Positions 7,069-15,883 of a DNA stretch of 38,436 nt are shown piece by piece. Origin of the DNA: Deltaproteobacteria bacterium. GTDB lineage: Bacteria > Desulfobacterota > Anaeroferrophillalia > Anaeroferrophillales > Anaeroferrophillaceae. Position 1 is the stretch's first letter, and each line of letters opens with the position of its first letter. The notes below the pieces were generated by a model, which ran no database searches, was not told the DNA's origin, and saw nothing but the letters and a program-made list of their open reading frames with translations. The stretch is from assembly GCA_019306045.1 (NCBI GenBank), contig JAFDMG010000004.1:1203-39638 (forward strand). Reading direction: 5' to 3'. The position numbers were made by a program, and so were the translations under genes.

Positions 7069-8436
7069 TCACTTTTTCGTCAGCCCCCAATCCCGCAGGC
7101 GATACTCGATCTTGCGGACGCTGATCCCCAGCTCCCGGGCCGCCGCCTGCTTGCTGCCGTGCCGCTCGAGGGCGCTGAGAATCATCTTCTTCTCCATCTC
7201 CTTGAGGCTCATGCCCGCCCAGGGGTCATCGGCGGCGGTGCCCGGCGGCGCTTCCTCCCCGGCGTCGGCCGCCGGCAGGGAGATGTCCTCGGGGCGGATC
7301 GGCCGGTCCTTGGCGTAGATCAGCGCCCGCTCGACGACGTTTTCCAGTTCCCTGACGTTTCCCGGCCAGGCATAGGCCTGCAAAAGCTCGTAGACTTCCC
7401 GGTCCGGGTACTGCGGCGGCCGCTGTTCCCGGGCAGCCGCCCGGTCGATGAAATACTTTACCAGCAGCGGCAGATCGTCCAGCCGCTCCCGCAGGGGCGG
7501 CAAGGAAACAACCACCACGTTCAGCCGGTAGAACAGATCTTCCCGGAAGCGCCCCGCCGCCACCAGCCGGCGGAGGTTCTGGTTGGTGGCCGCAATGATG
7601 CGCACATCGGCATAATGGGTCTGCTCGCCCCCGACCCGCTGGTATTCGCCGCTGACCAGCACCCGGAGAAGCTTGGCCTGGATGGCCAGCGACATCTCGG
7701 CGATCTCGTCCAGGAAAAGCGTTCCCCGGTCGGCGAGGGCGAATTTACCCTTCTTGTCCCGCACCGCCCCGGTGAAGGCGCCGCGCACGTGGCCGAAAAG
7801 TTCGCTTTCCAGCAGGCTTTCGGCCAGGGCGGCGCAGTTGAGGGCCACCAGAGGCTGGGCCGCCCGGGTGCTGAGGGCGTGCAGCGACCTGGCCACCAGC
7901 TCCTTGCCGGTGCCGGTTTCCCCCTCGATGAGCACGGTGGCCGCCGTCGGCGCCACCTCCTGGATGGTCTGGAAAAGGCGGGTCATCACCGGCGTCTGGC
8001 CGATAAAGCCGGCGAAGCCGTGGCGCTCCTTGAGGGCGGCCAGCAGGGCCCGGTTCTGGCGCACCAGGGAGATTTTTTCCCCGATCCGCGCCAGGACGAT
8101 TTCCAGCTCCTCGATGTTCACCGGCTTGAGCAGATAGTCCTCCGCCCCCTTTTTCATCGCCGTCACCGCCTCGCCAACGCCCCCCTGGCCGGTGATCACC
8201 ACCACGTGGAGATGGGGATCGAGCTTTTTTGCCGCCGCCAGCAGCTGCAGGCCGTCCATCTCCGGCATCTTCAGGTCGGTAAGCAGGATGTCCACGTCCC
8301 CCCGGCGCAGCCGCGCCAGGGCCGCCCGCGGGCTGCTCTCGCCGGTCACCGGGTAGCCGTCCAGCTGCAGCAGGGAAACGAGGCCGCTTACCGCCCGGGG
8401 TTCGTCGTCGACAACCAGTATCCGTGGTTTCTCCAT
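7069..8436 (-). CDS. Sigma-54-dependent response regulator (NtrC family; FlrC/FleR-like flagellar activator)
   Basis: Receiver domain (MEKPRILVVDDEP...LLTDLKMPEMDG). AAA+ sigma-54 interaction domain (GETGTGKELVARSLH, GAFTGA, ESELFGH). C-terminal Fis-type HTH (AARELGISVRKIEYRLRDWGL). The start is set at ATG 8434-8436. The 87-codon upstream extension in the ORF track overlaps the kinase gene and is Pro/Arg/Ala-rich junk. Confidence 0.9.
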   Translation of the reverse strand: MEKPRILVVDDEPRAVSGLVSLLQLDGYPVTGESSPRAALARLRRGDVDILLTDLKMPEMDGLQLLAAAKKLDPHLHVVVITGQGGVGEAVTAMKKGAEDYLLKPVNIEELEIVLARIGEKISLVRQNRALLAALKERHGFAGFIGQTPVMTRLFQTIQEVAPTAATVLIEGETGTGKELVARSLHALSTRAAQPLVALNCAALAESLLESELFGHVRGAFTGAVRDKKGKFALADRGTLFLDEIAEMSLAIQAKLLRVLVSGEYQRVGGEQTHYADVRIIAATNQNLRRLVAAGRFREDLFYRLNVVVVSLPPLRERLDDLPLLVKYFIDRAAAREQRPPQYPDREVYELLQAYAWPGNVRELENVVERALIYAKDRPIRPEDISLPAADAGEEAPPGTAADDPWAGMSLKEMEKKMILSALERHGSKQAAARELGISVRKIEYRLRDWGLTKK

Positions 8437-8455
8437 GCTGCCGTCCTCTTGGGTT

Positions 8456-9556
8456 TCAGGGGGCTGCCGCGGTCGACAACGGCAGTTTGACGGTGAAAGT
8501 GGTGCCCTCGCCGTCGCTGACGAAAGAGATCGTCCCGCCGTGGGCCTCGATGATGTCCCGGCACAAGTAGAGGCCGATGCCGGTGCCGCTGCTCTTGGTG
8601 GTGTAGAAAAGGTTGAAAATTTTCGGCTGGTCCCCGTAGGGAATGCCGGGGCCGTTGTCGGCAAAGGTGATAACCGCCTCCCCCTCCCCGGCGGCAATGC
8701 CGACCCGCAGTCGGCCGCCTTCCCGGCCGCCCAGGGCCTCGAGGCTGTTTTTCACCAGGTTGAGGAAAGCCTGGTGCAGTTTGTCCCGGTCGCCCCGGAC
8801 CGTCAGTTGCCGGTCGGCGGTGACCAGCTCGACCTCGATCCGGCTGGCCGCCAGCTCGTCGGCCACCAGCTCCAGAATCTGCCGCAGCAGGTCGTCAACG
8901 GCCACCGGCGAGATCACCAGTTCCCGGGCTTTCTTTACCTGCAGGAACTCGCCGGCCAGGGAGTTGAGCCGCCGATTCTCCTGCCGGACCACCTCGACGA
9001 TGCCGTTGACCGGTTCTCTGACCGCCGGCGGCAAATCGGCCACCAGCCGCTGCAGCAGGGTCATCTGGATTTCAATGGAGTTGAGGGGGTTCCTGATCTC
9101 GTGGGTCAGTTCCGAGGCGTAGCGTCCCATGGCCGCCAGGCTTTTTAACCGCGAAATCTCGGCGAACAGGCCGGCATTCTCGCTGATGTCCCGGAAGCGG
9201 ACCAGGCACCAGCCCACCGTCCCCGCTTCCTCGCGCACCGGGCAAAAAGACAGCTCGTAGACGTGATTCCGGCCGTCCCGGTCCAGCAGGCTGACGTTGG
9301 TCTGCCGCCCCTCCCCCCGGCGGAAGACCTCCTGCAGGCCGCAGAAAGGGCAGACGCCGTGCTGGGCGAAAAGCAGCCGGTAGCAGGGCCCGCCATCCCG
9401 CCGCCAGTCGTCCGGCAGCCGGGCGGCGGCGGCCCGGTTGCAGGTTGCCACCTGGAACCGCTGGTCGATGAGCCACAGCGGTTCCTCGATGCTGTCAAGA
9501 ACCGCCTGCAGCCGGGGCTGGCGCCAGGCGGCGGTTGCCGGTTTTTCCTTTTCCAT
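8456..9556 (-). CDS. PAS-domain sensor histidine kinase (NtrB/FlrB-like), cytoplasmic
   Basis: An N-terminal PAS-like domain (LDSIEEPLWLIDQRF...), an H-box (ASELTHEIRNPLNSI), and an ATPase N/G boxes (LNLVKNSLEA, DNGPGIP, GTGIGL). No TM segments. It lies immediately upstream of the sigma-54 response regulator. Confidence 0.9.
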   Translation of the reverse strand: MEKEKPATAAWRQPRLQAVLDSIEEPLWLIDQRFQVATCNRAAAARLPDDWRRDGGPCYRLLFAQHGVCPFCGLQEVFRRGEGRQTNVSLLDRDGRNHVYELSFCPVREEAGTVGWCLVRFRDISENAGLFAEISRLKSLAAMGRYASELTHEIRNPLNSIEIQMTLLQRLVADLPPAVREPVNGIVEVVRQENRRLNSLAGEFLQVKKARELVISPVAVDDLLRQILELVADELAASRIEVELVTADRQLTVRGDRDKLHQAFLNLVKNSLEALGGREGGRLRVGIAAGEGEAVITFADNGPGIPYGDQPKIFNLFYTTKSSGTGIGLYLCRDIIEAHGGTISFVSDGEGTTFTVKLPLSTAAAP

Positions 9557-9648
9557 GAAAGTAACCTGCTGCCCCTGCTGGCCGCCCGGTGCCGGCCGGT
9601 TTGGCGGCCGGCGGCCGCCGCTGGCGGAATCAAAAACAACGGCAAAAC

Positions 9649-9677
9649 TTGCAAAGAATATCGGGATGTTATAGAAT
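9649..9677 (+). promoter_or_regulatory. Candidate sigma-70 promoter for pcm
   Basis: TTGCAA (9649-9654), a 17-nt spacer, then TAGAAT (9672-9677), about 60 nt upstream of the pcm ATG. Confidence 0.5.
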
Positions 9678-9737
9678 TATCATCAACAGGGGCAAATTGC
9701 AAGTTGCGAGCGGAAAATCAGCGGGGAAAACGGAAAA

Positions 9738-10406
9738 ATGACGACTGCCGCCGCCCGGGAAGAGGAGTTCAGCCGTCAGCGGGAAAAGATGGTCCAACAG
9801 CAGCTGCGCCCCCGGGGGATTGCCGATCCCCGGGTGCTGGCGGCCATGGGCCGGGTGCCGCGCCACCGCTTCGTGCCGCCGGCCATGGCGGCCGAGGCCT
9901 ACGCCGACCATCCGCTGCCGATCGGCAAAGGGCAGACCATCTCCCAGCCCTACATGGTCGCCGCCATGACCGAGCAGCTGCGGCTGACCGGCAGCCAGAA
10001 GGTGCTGGAGATCGGCACCGGCTCCGGCTACCAGACCGCCGTCCTGGCGGAGCTGGCCGCCGAAGTTATCTCCCTGGAAATCCACGCCGAGCTGGCCCGG
10101 CAGGCGGAAGAGAAACTGGCCGCCCTGGGCTACGACAACGTCACCATCGTCGTCGCCGACGGCACCCGCGGCTATCCCCCGGCGGCGCCCTACCAGGGAA
10201 TCATCGTCACCGCCGGCGCCCCCCACGTCCCCCGGGCCCTGACCGAGCAGCTGGCCGACGGCGGCCGGCTGGTGATTCCCGTCGGCCGGCACGGCTACCA
10301 GATGCTGAAGGTAATCACCCGGGAAGGGACGCGGCTGCGGGAAGAGGATCTCTTTCTCTGCTCCTTCGTTCCCCTGGTGGGGGAGGACGGCTGGCGCTCG
10401 CCATGA
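9738..10406 (+). CDS. pcm: Protein-L-isoaspartate O-methyltransferase
   Basis: 222 aa. It carries GQTISQPYMVAAM and the SAM motif VLEIGTGSGYQTAVLAEL, followed by PYQGIIVTAGAP...L..QLADGGRLVIPVG. This is canonical Pcm. Confidence 0.95.
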   Translation: MTTAAAREEEFSRQREKMVQQQLRPRGIADPRVLAAMGRVPRHRFVPPAMAAEAYADHPLPIGKGQTISQPYMVAAMTEQLRLTGSQKVLEIGTGSGYQTAVLAELAAEVISLEIHAELARQAEEKLAALGYDNVTIVVADGTRGYPPAAPYQGIIVTAGAPHVPRALTEQLADGGRLVIPVGRHGYQMLKVITREGTRLREEDLFLCSFVPLVGEDGWRSP

Positions 10407-10433
10407 AAAAGGCCGCAGGGTTAAACTGCGGCC
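10406..10433 (-). terminator. Rho-independent terminator after cheY (between convergent cheY and pcm)
   Basis: GGCCGCAG-(7 nt)-CTGCGGCC hairpin. On the minus strand it is followed by T5. Confidence 0.55.
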
Positions 10434-10477
10434 GCGGCATTCATGGTTTGAGCGGGGAAAACGGGCCTCCCCGACGG

Positions 10478-10852
10478 TCAGCTGAAGATCTTCTCCAGCT
10501 TTTCCTGCATGGTTTCGGCGGTGAAAGGCTTGACGATGTAGTTGCTGACCCCGGCCTTGACCGCCTCGATGATATTCTCCTTCAGGGCCTCGGCGGTCAC
10601 CATCAGCACCGGCAGGTCCTTGAGGTTCTCGTCGCCGCGGATCGCCTTCAGCAGCTCGAGGCCGGACATCTTCGGCATGTTCCAGTCGGTAATCACCAGG
10701 TCGAAGGGTTCCGCCTGGATTTTCGGCCAGGCGGTGGCCCCGTCGTCGGCCTCCTGGACGTTGTTGAACCCCAGCTGCCGGAGGATATTCTTGATTATCC
10801 GCCGCATGGTCGAAAAATCATCAACGATGAGTATCTTCATGTCCTTGTTCAT
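10478..10852 (-). CDS. cheY: Chemotaxis response regulator CheY
   Basis: 124-aa single receiver domain. [18 protein letters not shown]...[22 protein letters not shown]...PVLMVTAEA...[11 protein letters not shown] is CheY-like throughout. Confidence 0.9.
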   Translation of the reverse strand: MNKDMKILIVDDFSTMRRIIKNILRQLGFNNVQEADDGATAWPKIQAEPFDLVITDWNMPKMSGLELLKAIRGDENLKDLPVLMVTAEALKENIIEAVKAGVSNYIVKPFTAETMQEKLEKIFS

Positions 10853-11619
10853 GATGCCATCCCCTTCTTGGCCAACCGGGCCCGGCGGGTCCGGTTTTTC
10901 AGGTGAATAACCGCCTTGGTGCGCAGCTGGCAGACCCGGGACTCGGAAACCCCCATGATCAGGCCGATCTCTTTCAGGTTCAGGTCCTCGAAATAGTAGA
11001 GCGACAGCACCAGGCGCTCCCGCTCCGGCAGCTGGTCGATGGCCTCGACCAGGAAAGTATGCAGCTCCTTGTCCTTGAACAGGGCGAAGGGATCATCACC
11101 CTCCAGCAGGCGGACAAACTCGTAGGGATCCCGCAGCTCCTCCCCGTTTTCAAAATGGAGATCCTCGAAATTGATCAGGGAGATGCCCTTGGCCTTGGAA
11201 AGCAGCTTGTAGAACTCTTCCAGGGAAATCCCCAGGGCCTCGGCCATCTCCTCGTCTTCCGCCGGCCGGCCGAGCTTCTGCTCCAGGTAGTTGTAAGTGT
11301 TCTCCAACAGGTTGCTGTCACTGCGCAGGCTGCGCGAGGCCCAGTCCTGGGCCCGCAGCTCGTCGAGAATCGCCCCCCGGATCCGGATCTCGGCGTAGGT
11401 TTTGAACTTGATTTTCCGGGAAGGGTCAAACTTGGAAATGGCGTCGATCAGGCCGATGACGCCACTGTTGATCAGATCGTTGATGTCGACATTGTCCGGA
11501 AGACGGGAAGCAATCCGCTGGGCGATCCGCTGAATCAGCGGCAGATATTCCAGAACTAGCTCTTCCCCTCCCTGCTCGCGCAAGTCATCACTCTCATTCC
11601 CGAGCAGGTTCTCCATCAA
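10849..11619 (-). CDS. fliA: Flagellar sigma factor FliA (sigma-28)
   Basis: 256 aa. Region 2 is [42 protein letters not shown]. Region 4 is [33 protein letters not shown]. It follows flhF-flhG, and its stop overlaps the cheY start (ATGA). Confidence 0.95.
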   Translation of the reverse strand: MMENLLGNESDDLREQGGEELVLEYLPLIQRIAQRIASRLPDNVDINDLINSGVIGLIDAISKFDPSRKIKFKTYAEIRIRGAILDELRAQDWASRSLRSDSNLLENTYNYLEQKLGRPAEDEEMAEALGISLEEFYKLLSKAKGISLINFEDLHFENGEELRDPYEFVRLLEGDDPFALFKDKELHTFLVEAIDQLPERERLVLSLYYFEDLNLKEIGLIMGVSESRVCQLRTKAVIHLKNRTRRARLAKKGMAS

Positions 11620-12439
11620 GCAGTCTCCGCCAGAAAAATTGCAGACCTCCGCCGGGCCGCCGCCCGCTCATCTGCTCCAGTTCCCGGGCCACCACCATGA
11701 ACTGCCGGCTGGCGGCGGCATCAGGCAGCAGGTCGACCACGGCCCGCTGTTGCCGCACCGCCCGGGAAACCGCTGAATCTGCCGGTATATATCCCAAAAA
11801 ATCCAGCGAGATGTCAAGGAATTTTTCACAAACCAGATTAAGTTTGGCGAAGATCAGGCCGGCCTCTTCCTCGTCGCGCACCTGGTTAACCAGCAGGTGG
11901 AAACGGTCGGCGGCAAAGGAGGTGTGCATCACTTTCACCAGCGCGTAAGCGTCGGTCATCGAGGTCGGCTCCGGGGTGACGACCACCACCACTTCCTGGG
12001 CGGCGGTGAGAAAACTGGTCACCAGGGAGGAGATGCCGGCGGCGGTGTCGATGAGCAGGTAGTCCAGCTGGTCGGCAAAATCGTCCATCTGGTCCAGGAG
12101 GATCCGCTGCTGCCGGCAGTCAAGGTCGGTAATCTCCTGGATTCCCGAGGAAGCGGGAATGATCTTGATCCCTTTCGGGCCGGTAACCACAATTTCGGCC
12201 AGGCTCTTTTCGCCGGCGAAAACGTGGGCCAGGTTGTACTCGGGGGCGTAGCCAAGGAGCACGTCCAGGTTGGCCAGCCCCAGGTCGGCATCAAGAATCA
12301 TCACCCGGCGGCCAAGCTCGCTCAGGGCGCAGGCCAGGTTGGCCACCAGGTTGGTCTTGCCGACCCCGCCCTTGCCGCTGGTGACGGCGATTACTTTAAC
12401 CGGCGACCGGCCGCCGTTGAGAGAAGCTGCCTGGTCCAT
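11594..12439 (-). CDS. flhG: MinD-type ATPase FlhG (FleN/YlxH), flagellar number regulator
   Basis: Deviant Walker A VTSGKGGVGKTNLVANLA, then ILDADLGLANLDVLLG. It follows flhF. I prefer ATG 12437-12439 (GGAG RBS, no overlap with flhF). The ORF track start at 12502 would overlap flhF by 44 nt. Confidence 0.9.
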   Translation of the reverse strand: MDQAASLNGGRSPVKVIAVTSGKGGVGKTNLVANLACALSELGRRVMILDADLGLANLDVLLGYAPEYNLAHVFAGEKSLAEIVVTGPKGIKIIPASSGIQEITDLDCRQQRILLDQMDDFADQLDYLLIDTAAGISSLVTSFLTAAQEVVVVVTPEPTSMTDAYALVKVMHTSFAADRFHLLVNQVRDEEEAGLIFAKLNLVCEKFLDISLDFLGYIPADSAVSRAVRQQRAVVDLLPDAAASRQFMVVARELEQMSGRRPGGGLQFFWRRLLDGEPARE

Positions 12440-12458
12440 CAAATACACTCCATCTTTC

Positions 12459-13616
12459 TTATGGTTGTCCATCCCGGAACCGCCCGGCGGCCGCGGCGTC
12501 ATCCAGGTCCAGCAACAAGGCGGCCACCCGCTCGCCGGTGGCCGGTTCCAGGTCTTCGGGCACCCGCTGCCCGGTGGTGAAAAAGGTCAGCGGCAAAGAC
12601 GCCAGCCGGCCCCCGTGGTAGAGCATGCCGTGGGCCGTGCTCTCGTCCAGCTTGCTGAACAGCAGGCCCTGGCTGGCAAAACGGCGGAAACTGACGAGGA
12701 TGTCGAGGAAATCGTCCTCCCGCACCCCCACCGGCACCACCAGCAGGGTGCTGCCGGCTCCGCGGCTGCCGCCGACGATGCCGGCCAGCTGTTCCAGGCC
12801 GGCGGCGTCCCGGTGGCTGCGGCCGGTGGTATCGACAATGATCCGGTCGCAGGCGGCATAGGCCCGCAGCACCTTTTCCAGATCGGCCCGGTTGAAAGCG
12901 GTGCGCACCGGCACCCGCAGCCGCCGGCCGTATTCCCGGATCTGGGCCGCCGCACCCAGGCGAAAAGCGTCAACGGTCACCAGGCCGACTTTTTCTCCCC
13001 GCTGCTGGAAGTAGGCCGCCAGCTTGGCCGCCGTTGTCGTCTTGCCGACCCCGGTGGGGCCCACCAGGGTAATCCGGCGTCCCAGATCGCCGGCAGACAG
13101 CAGCTCGAGCCGGTCAATAATCGTCCGGGCCAGGCAGCCGCAGGCAATCTCCCCGGGCACCGGCCGATTGCCCGGCAGCAAGGCCAGCACCCGGTCCAGC
13201 AACTCCCGGCCGACCTCCGCCGGCAGGCCGTGGGCCAGCAGCCGGCGATAGAGATTGCCCAGGGGACCGGCCGCCGGCCACTCGCCCTCCAGGCCCGTGG
13301 CCCCGAGCAGGCGGTCGAGGGTCTGGCGAATAAGCAGGACTTCCTGCCGCAGCTCCCGGTAGGCTGGCAGCTCCCCGCCCGGTTCCCGCCCGGCGGCCGG
13401 CGGCGTTTTCCCGGCCGCCGGCGTCCAGGAGGCCGCGGCAAAGTCCGCCGGGGAGGCGGCGGCAAAATCAACCGCTGCCACCACTTCCACCTGTGGCCGC
13501 CCGGCGGCGGGATCCGCCGGCCGGCTTTCCAGGATCACCGCCTCCCGACCCAGCTCCCGCTTGATCTCCTGCATCACGTCGCCGACGCTGTGGCCGTAAA
13601 AATGTTTGACTTTCAC
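12459..13616 (-). CDS. flhF: SRP-like GTPase FlhF
   Basis: 385 aa. N-terminal MKVKHFYGHSVGDVMQEIKRELGREAVIL. G-domain motifs LVGPTGVGKTTTAAKLAA, DTTGRS and SKLDES. Confidence 0.9.
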   Translation of the reverse strand: MKVKHFYGHSVGDVMQEIKRELGREAVILESRPADPAAGRPQVEVVAAVDFAAASPADFAAASWTPAAGKTPPAAGREPGGELPAYRELRQEVLLIRQTLDRLLGATGLEGEWPAAGPLGNLYRRLLAHGLPAEVGRELLDRVLALLPGNRPVPGEIACGCLARTIIDRLELLSAGDLGRRITLVGPTGVGKTTTAAKLAAYFQQRGEKVGLVTVDAFRLGAAAQIREYGRRLRVPVRTAFNRADLEKVLRAYAACDRIIVDTTGRSHRDAAGLEQLAGIVGGSRGAGSTLLVVPVGVREDDFLDILVSFRRFASQGLLFSKLDESTAHGMLYHGGRLASLPLTFFTTGQRVPEDLEPATGERVAALLLDLDDAAAAGRFRDGQP

Positions 13617-13655
13617 TGGCAGTCCGACAAGTCGTTCAGGTTACGGGTTGCAGGT

Positions 13656-15749
13656 TCAGCCAATGGCAATTCTCCCCAGGGACTGCACCTTCACCGACGG
13701 CGGAATCTCGTTGTGGGAAATGACCGTCAGCCGGGGCACAAACCGCTCCAGCAGCCGCCGCAGGTGGAAGCGGACGATGGGCACCCCGAGCAGCACCGGC
13801 TTGGCGTTGACAATGGCGAACTTTTCCGACAGCTGCTTGATTTTTTCCACCATTTCGTAGACCACGTTCGGTTCCAGGGAGAGGAAAGCCCCGTGGTCGG
13901 TCCGCTGGATCGAGTTGTTGATCAGCTCTTCCAGCTTCGGGTCCAGGGTCATGACATAGAGCATGCCCTCGTCGTTGACGTAGGCCCGGGTGATCGTCCG
14001 GCCGAGTTCCTGGCGGACATACTCGGTGAGGATGTCGACGTCGCGGATCTGCATGGTGTACTCCGCCAGGGTTTCGATAATCGTCATCAGGTCCTTGATC
14101 GGCACCTGTTCCCGCAGCAGGTTCTGCAGCACCTTCTGCAGCACTCCCCAGGGCACCACACTGGGCACCAGGTCTTCCACCGCCTGGGGATATTCCCGGT
14201 TCAGGTTGTCCACCAGCTTCTGGACGTCCTGGCGCCCCAGCAGTTCGTGGGCAAATTCGCGGATCTTTTCCACCAGGTGGGTGGCCACCACCGTCGAGGC
14301 GTCAACCACCGTGTAGCCGGCCAGCTGGGCCCGCTCCCGCTGCTTTTCCTCGATCCACAAAGCTGGCAGGCCAAAGGCGGGTTCGGTGGTGGGAATGCCC
14401 TCGATGGCCGGGGCGTTCTCGTCGGGATTCATCGCCAGGCAGTAGCCGACCATCACCTCGCCCCGGGCCACCTCGTTGCCCTTAATCTTGAGCACGTAGT
14501 CGTTGGGCTTCAGCTGCAAATTGTCGCGGATATGGACCGAGGGCAGGATAAAGCCCATGTCAAGGGCGAACTGGCGGCGGATCAGCTTGATCCGCTCCAG
14601 CAGGTCGCCGCCCTGGGAGGCATCCACCAGGGGAATAAGGCCGTAGCCGACCTCCAGTTCGAGGGGATCGACCCCCAGCAGGTTTTCCACCTGCTCCGGC
14701 TCCTCGGTCACCTGTTCCTCCCGGGCCTGTTCCAGGGCCGCCTGCTTCTCCTCCTCCCGCCGCTGGCGGGTGAGCAGGAAGGCCGAGAGGCCGGCCAGGC
14801 CGGCCAGGGTGAAGAAGGAGAGCTTCGGCAGGCCGGGGATGATGCCGAAAAGGAACAGGGCCACGGCGGCCAGCATCAGGGCCCGGGGATAGGCGGTCAG
14901 CTGGGACCCGAGGTCTTCCCCCATGTTGGTCTCGGAGGCGGTCCGGGTGATGATGATCCCCGAGGCGGTGGAGATGATCAGGGCCGGGATCTGGGAAACC
15001 AGGCCGTCGCCGACAGTGAGGATGGTGTAGGTCTGGGCCGCCTCGCCCATGGACATCCCCTGCTGAAAAGTGCCGATGATGAAGCCGCCGATGATATTGA
15101 TCAGGGTGATAATGATGCCGGCAATGGCGTCGCCGCGCACGAACTTGGCCGCCCCGTCCATCGCCCCGTAAAAATCGGCCTCCCGGCGGATCTCTTCCCG
15201 CCGCTGCCTCGCCTCCTGCTCGCTGATCAGGCCGGCGTTGAGATCGGCGTCGATGCTCATCTGCTTGCCGGGCATGGCGTCGAGGGTGAAGCGGGCCGCG
15301 ACCTCGGCGATCCGCTCGGCGCCCTTGGTAATGACGATGAAGTTGATCAGCACCAGGATAAGGAAGATGATGGTGCCGACCACGTAGTTGCCCCCGACGA
15401 CGAACTGGCCAAACGCCTTGATCACCTGGCCGGCGGCGGCGGCCCCCTCGTTGCCGCGCAGGAGAATCAGCCGCGTCGAGGCCACGTTCAGCGACAGGCG
15501 GAACATGGTGGTCACCAGCAGCAGGGAGGGAAAGATGGAAAACTCCAGGGCCTTGAGCACGTACATGGAGATCAGGAGAATGATGATCGCCACCGTGATG
15601 TTCATGCTCAAAAAGGCATCGAGCAGCACGGTGGGCAGCGGCACGATCATGATCAGCAGGATGCCGATCACTCCCACCGCCAGCACCGCGTCCTTGTTGT
15701 CCACCAAGAGGGCGCGGGAGATCTTGAATGTTCCGGTTCCTTCAGCCAT
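13656..15749 (-). CDS. flhA: Flagellar type III export apparatus protein FlhA
   Basis: About 697 aa with multiple N-terminal TM helices. It carries the conserved FHIPEP block (GAERIAEVAARFTLDAMPGKQMSIDADLNAG) and the cytoplasmic FlhAc domain. ATG at 15747-15749; the ORF track uses the TTG one codon upstream (15752). Confidence 0.97.
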   Translation of the reverse strand: MAEGTGTFKISRALLVDNKDAVLAVGVIGILLIMIVPLPTVLLDAFLSMNITVAIIILLISMYVLKALEFSIFPSLLLVTTMFRLSLNVASTRLILLRGNEGAAAAGQVIKAFGQFVVGGNYVVGTIIFLILVLINFIVITKGAERIAEVAARFTLDAMPGKQMSIDADLNAGLISEQEARQRREEIRREADFYGAMDGAAKFVRGDAIAGIIITLINIIGGFIIGTFQQGMSMGEAAQTYTILTVGDGLVSQIPALIISTASGIIITRTASETNMGEDLGSQLTAYPRALMLAAVALFLFGIIPGLPKLSFFTLAGLAGLSAFLLTRQRREEEKQAALEQAREEQVTEEPEQVENLLGVDPLELEVGYGLIPLVDASQGGDLLERIKLIRRQFALDMGFILPSVHIRDNLQLKPNDYVLKIKGNEVARGEVMVGYCLAMNPDENAPAIEGIPTTEPAFGLPALWIEEKQRERAQLAGYTVVDASTVVATHLVEKIREFAHELLGRQDVQKLVDNLNREYPQAVEDLVPSVVPWGVLQKVLQNLLREQVPIKDLMTIIETLAEYTMQIRDVDILTEYVRQELGRTITRAYVNDEGMLYVMTLDPKLEELINNSIQRTDHGAFLSLEPNVVYEMVEKIKQLSEKFAIVNAKPVLLGVPIVRFHLRRLLERFVPRLTVISHNEIPPSVKVQSLGRIAIG

Positions 15750-15764
15750 CAAGCAGTCTTTCTT

Positions 15765-15877
15765 GTTAGCTGTTAGCTGTTAGCTGTTAGCTGTTAGCTG
15801 TTAGCTGTTAGCTGTTAGCTGTTAGCTGTTAGCTGTTAGCTGTTAGCTGTTAGCTGTTAGCTGTTAGCTGTTAGCTG
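15765..15877. repeat. Perfect tandem heptanucleotide array, (GTTAGCT)x16 plus 1 nt
   Basis: Counted directly: 16 uninterrupted, mismatch-free 7-bp units. The array occupies almost all of the flhB-flhA intergenic spacer. Confidence 0.98.
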
Positions 15878-15883
15878 GACCGT

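Noticed and set aside
8437-8697. N-terminal extensions of several ORF-track entries: response regulator 7069-8697, motA 23724-24779, korA 26702-27946, crotonase 28130-29005, groES 34315-34722.
   Set aside because: The extensions overlap upstream genes, terminators, promoters or the CIRCE operator, and they translate to Pro/Arg/Ala-rich junk. Internal ATGs with RBSs coincide with the conserved N-termini.
9641-9709. Sigma-54-like GGCA...TTGCA sequences upstream of the kinase operon and pcm.
   Set aside because: The GG-to-GC spacing is wrong (10 or 15 positions from the first G of GG to the G of GC, versus the required 12) on both strands.
12270-15776. 1168-aa plus-strand ORF, the longest in the track.
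   Set aside because: It is antisense to flhG, flhF and flhA, which have unmistakable conserved motifs. Its translation is low-complexity and Gly/Arg/Pro/Ala/His/Gln-rich. This is a typical stop-free antisense frame in GC-rich DNA.
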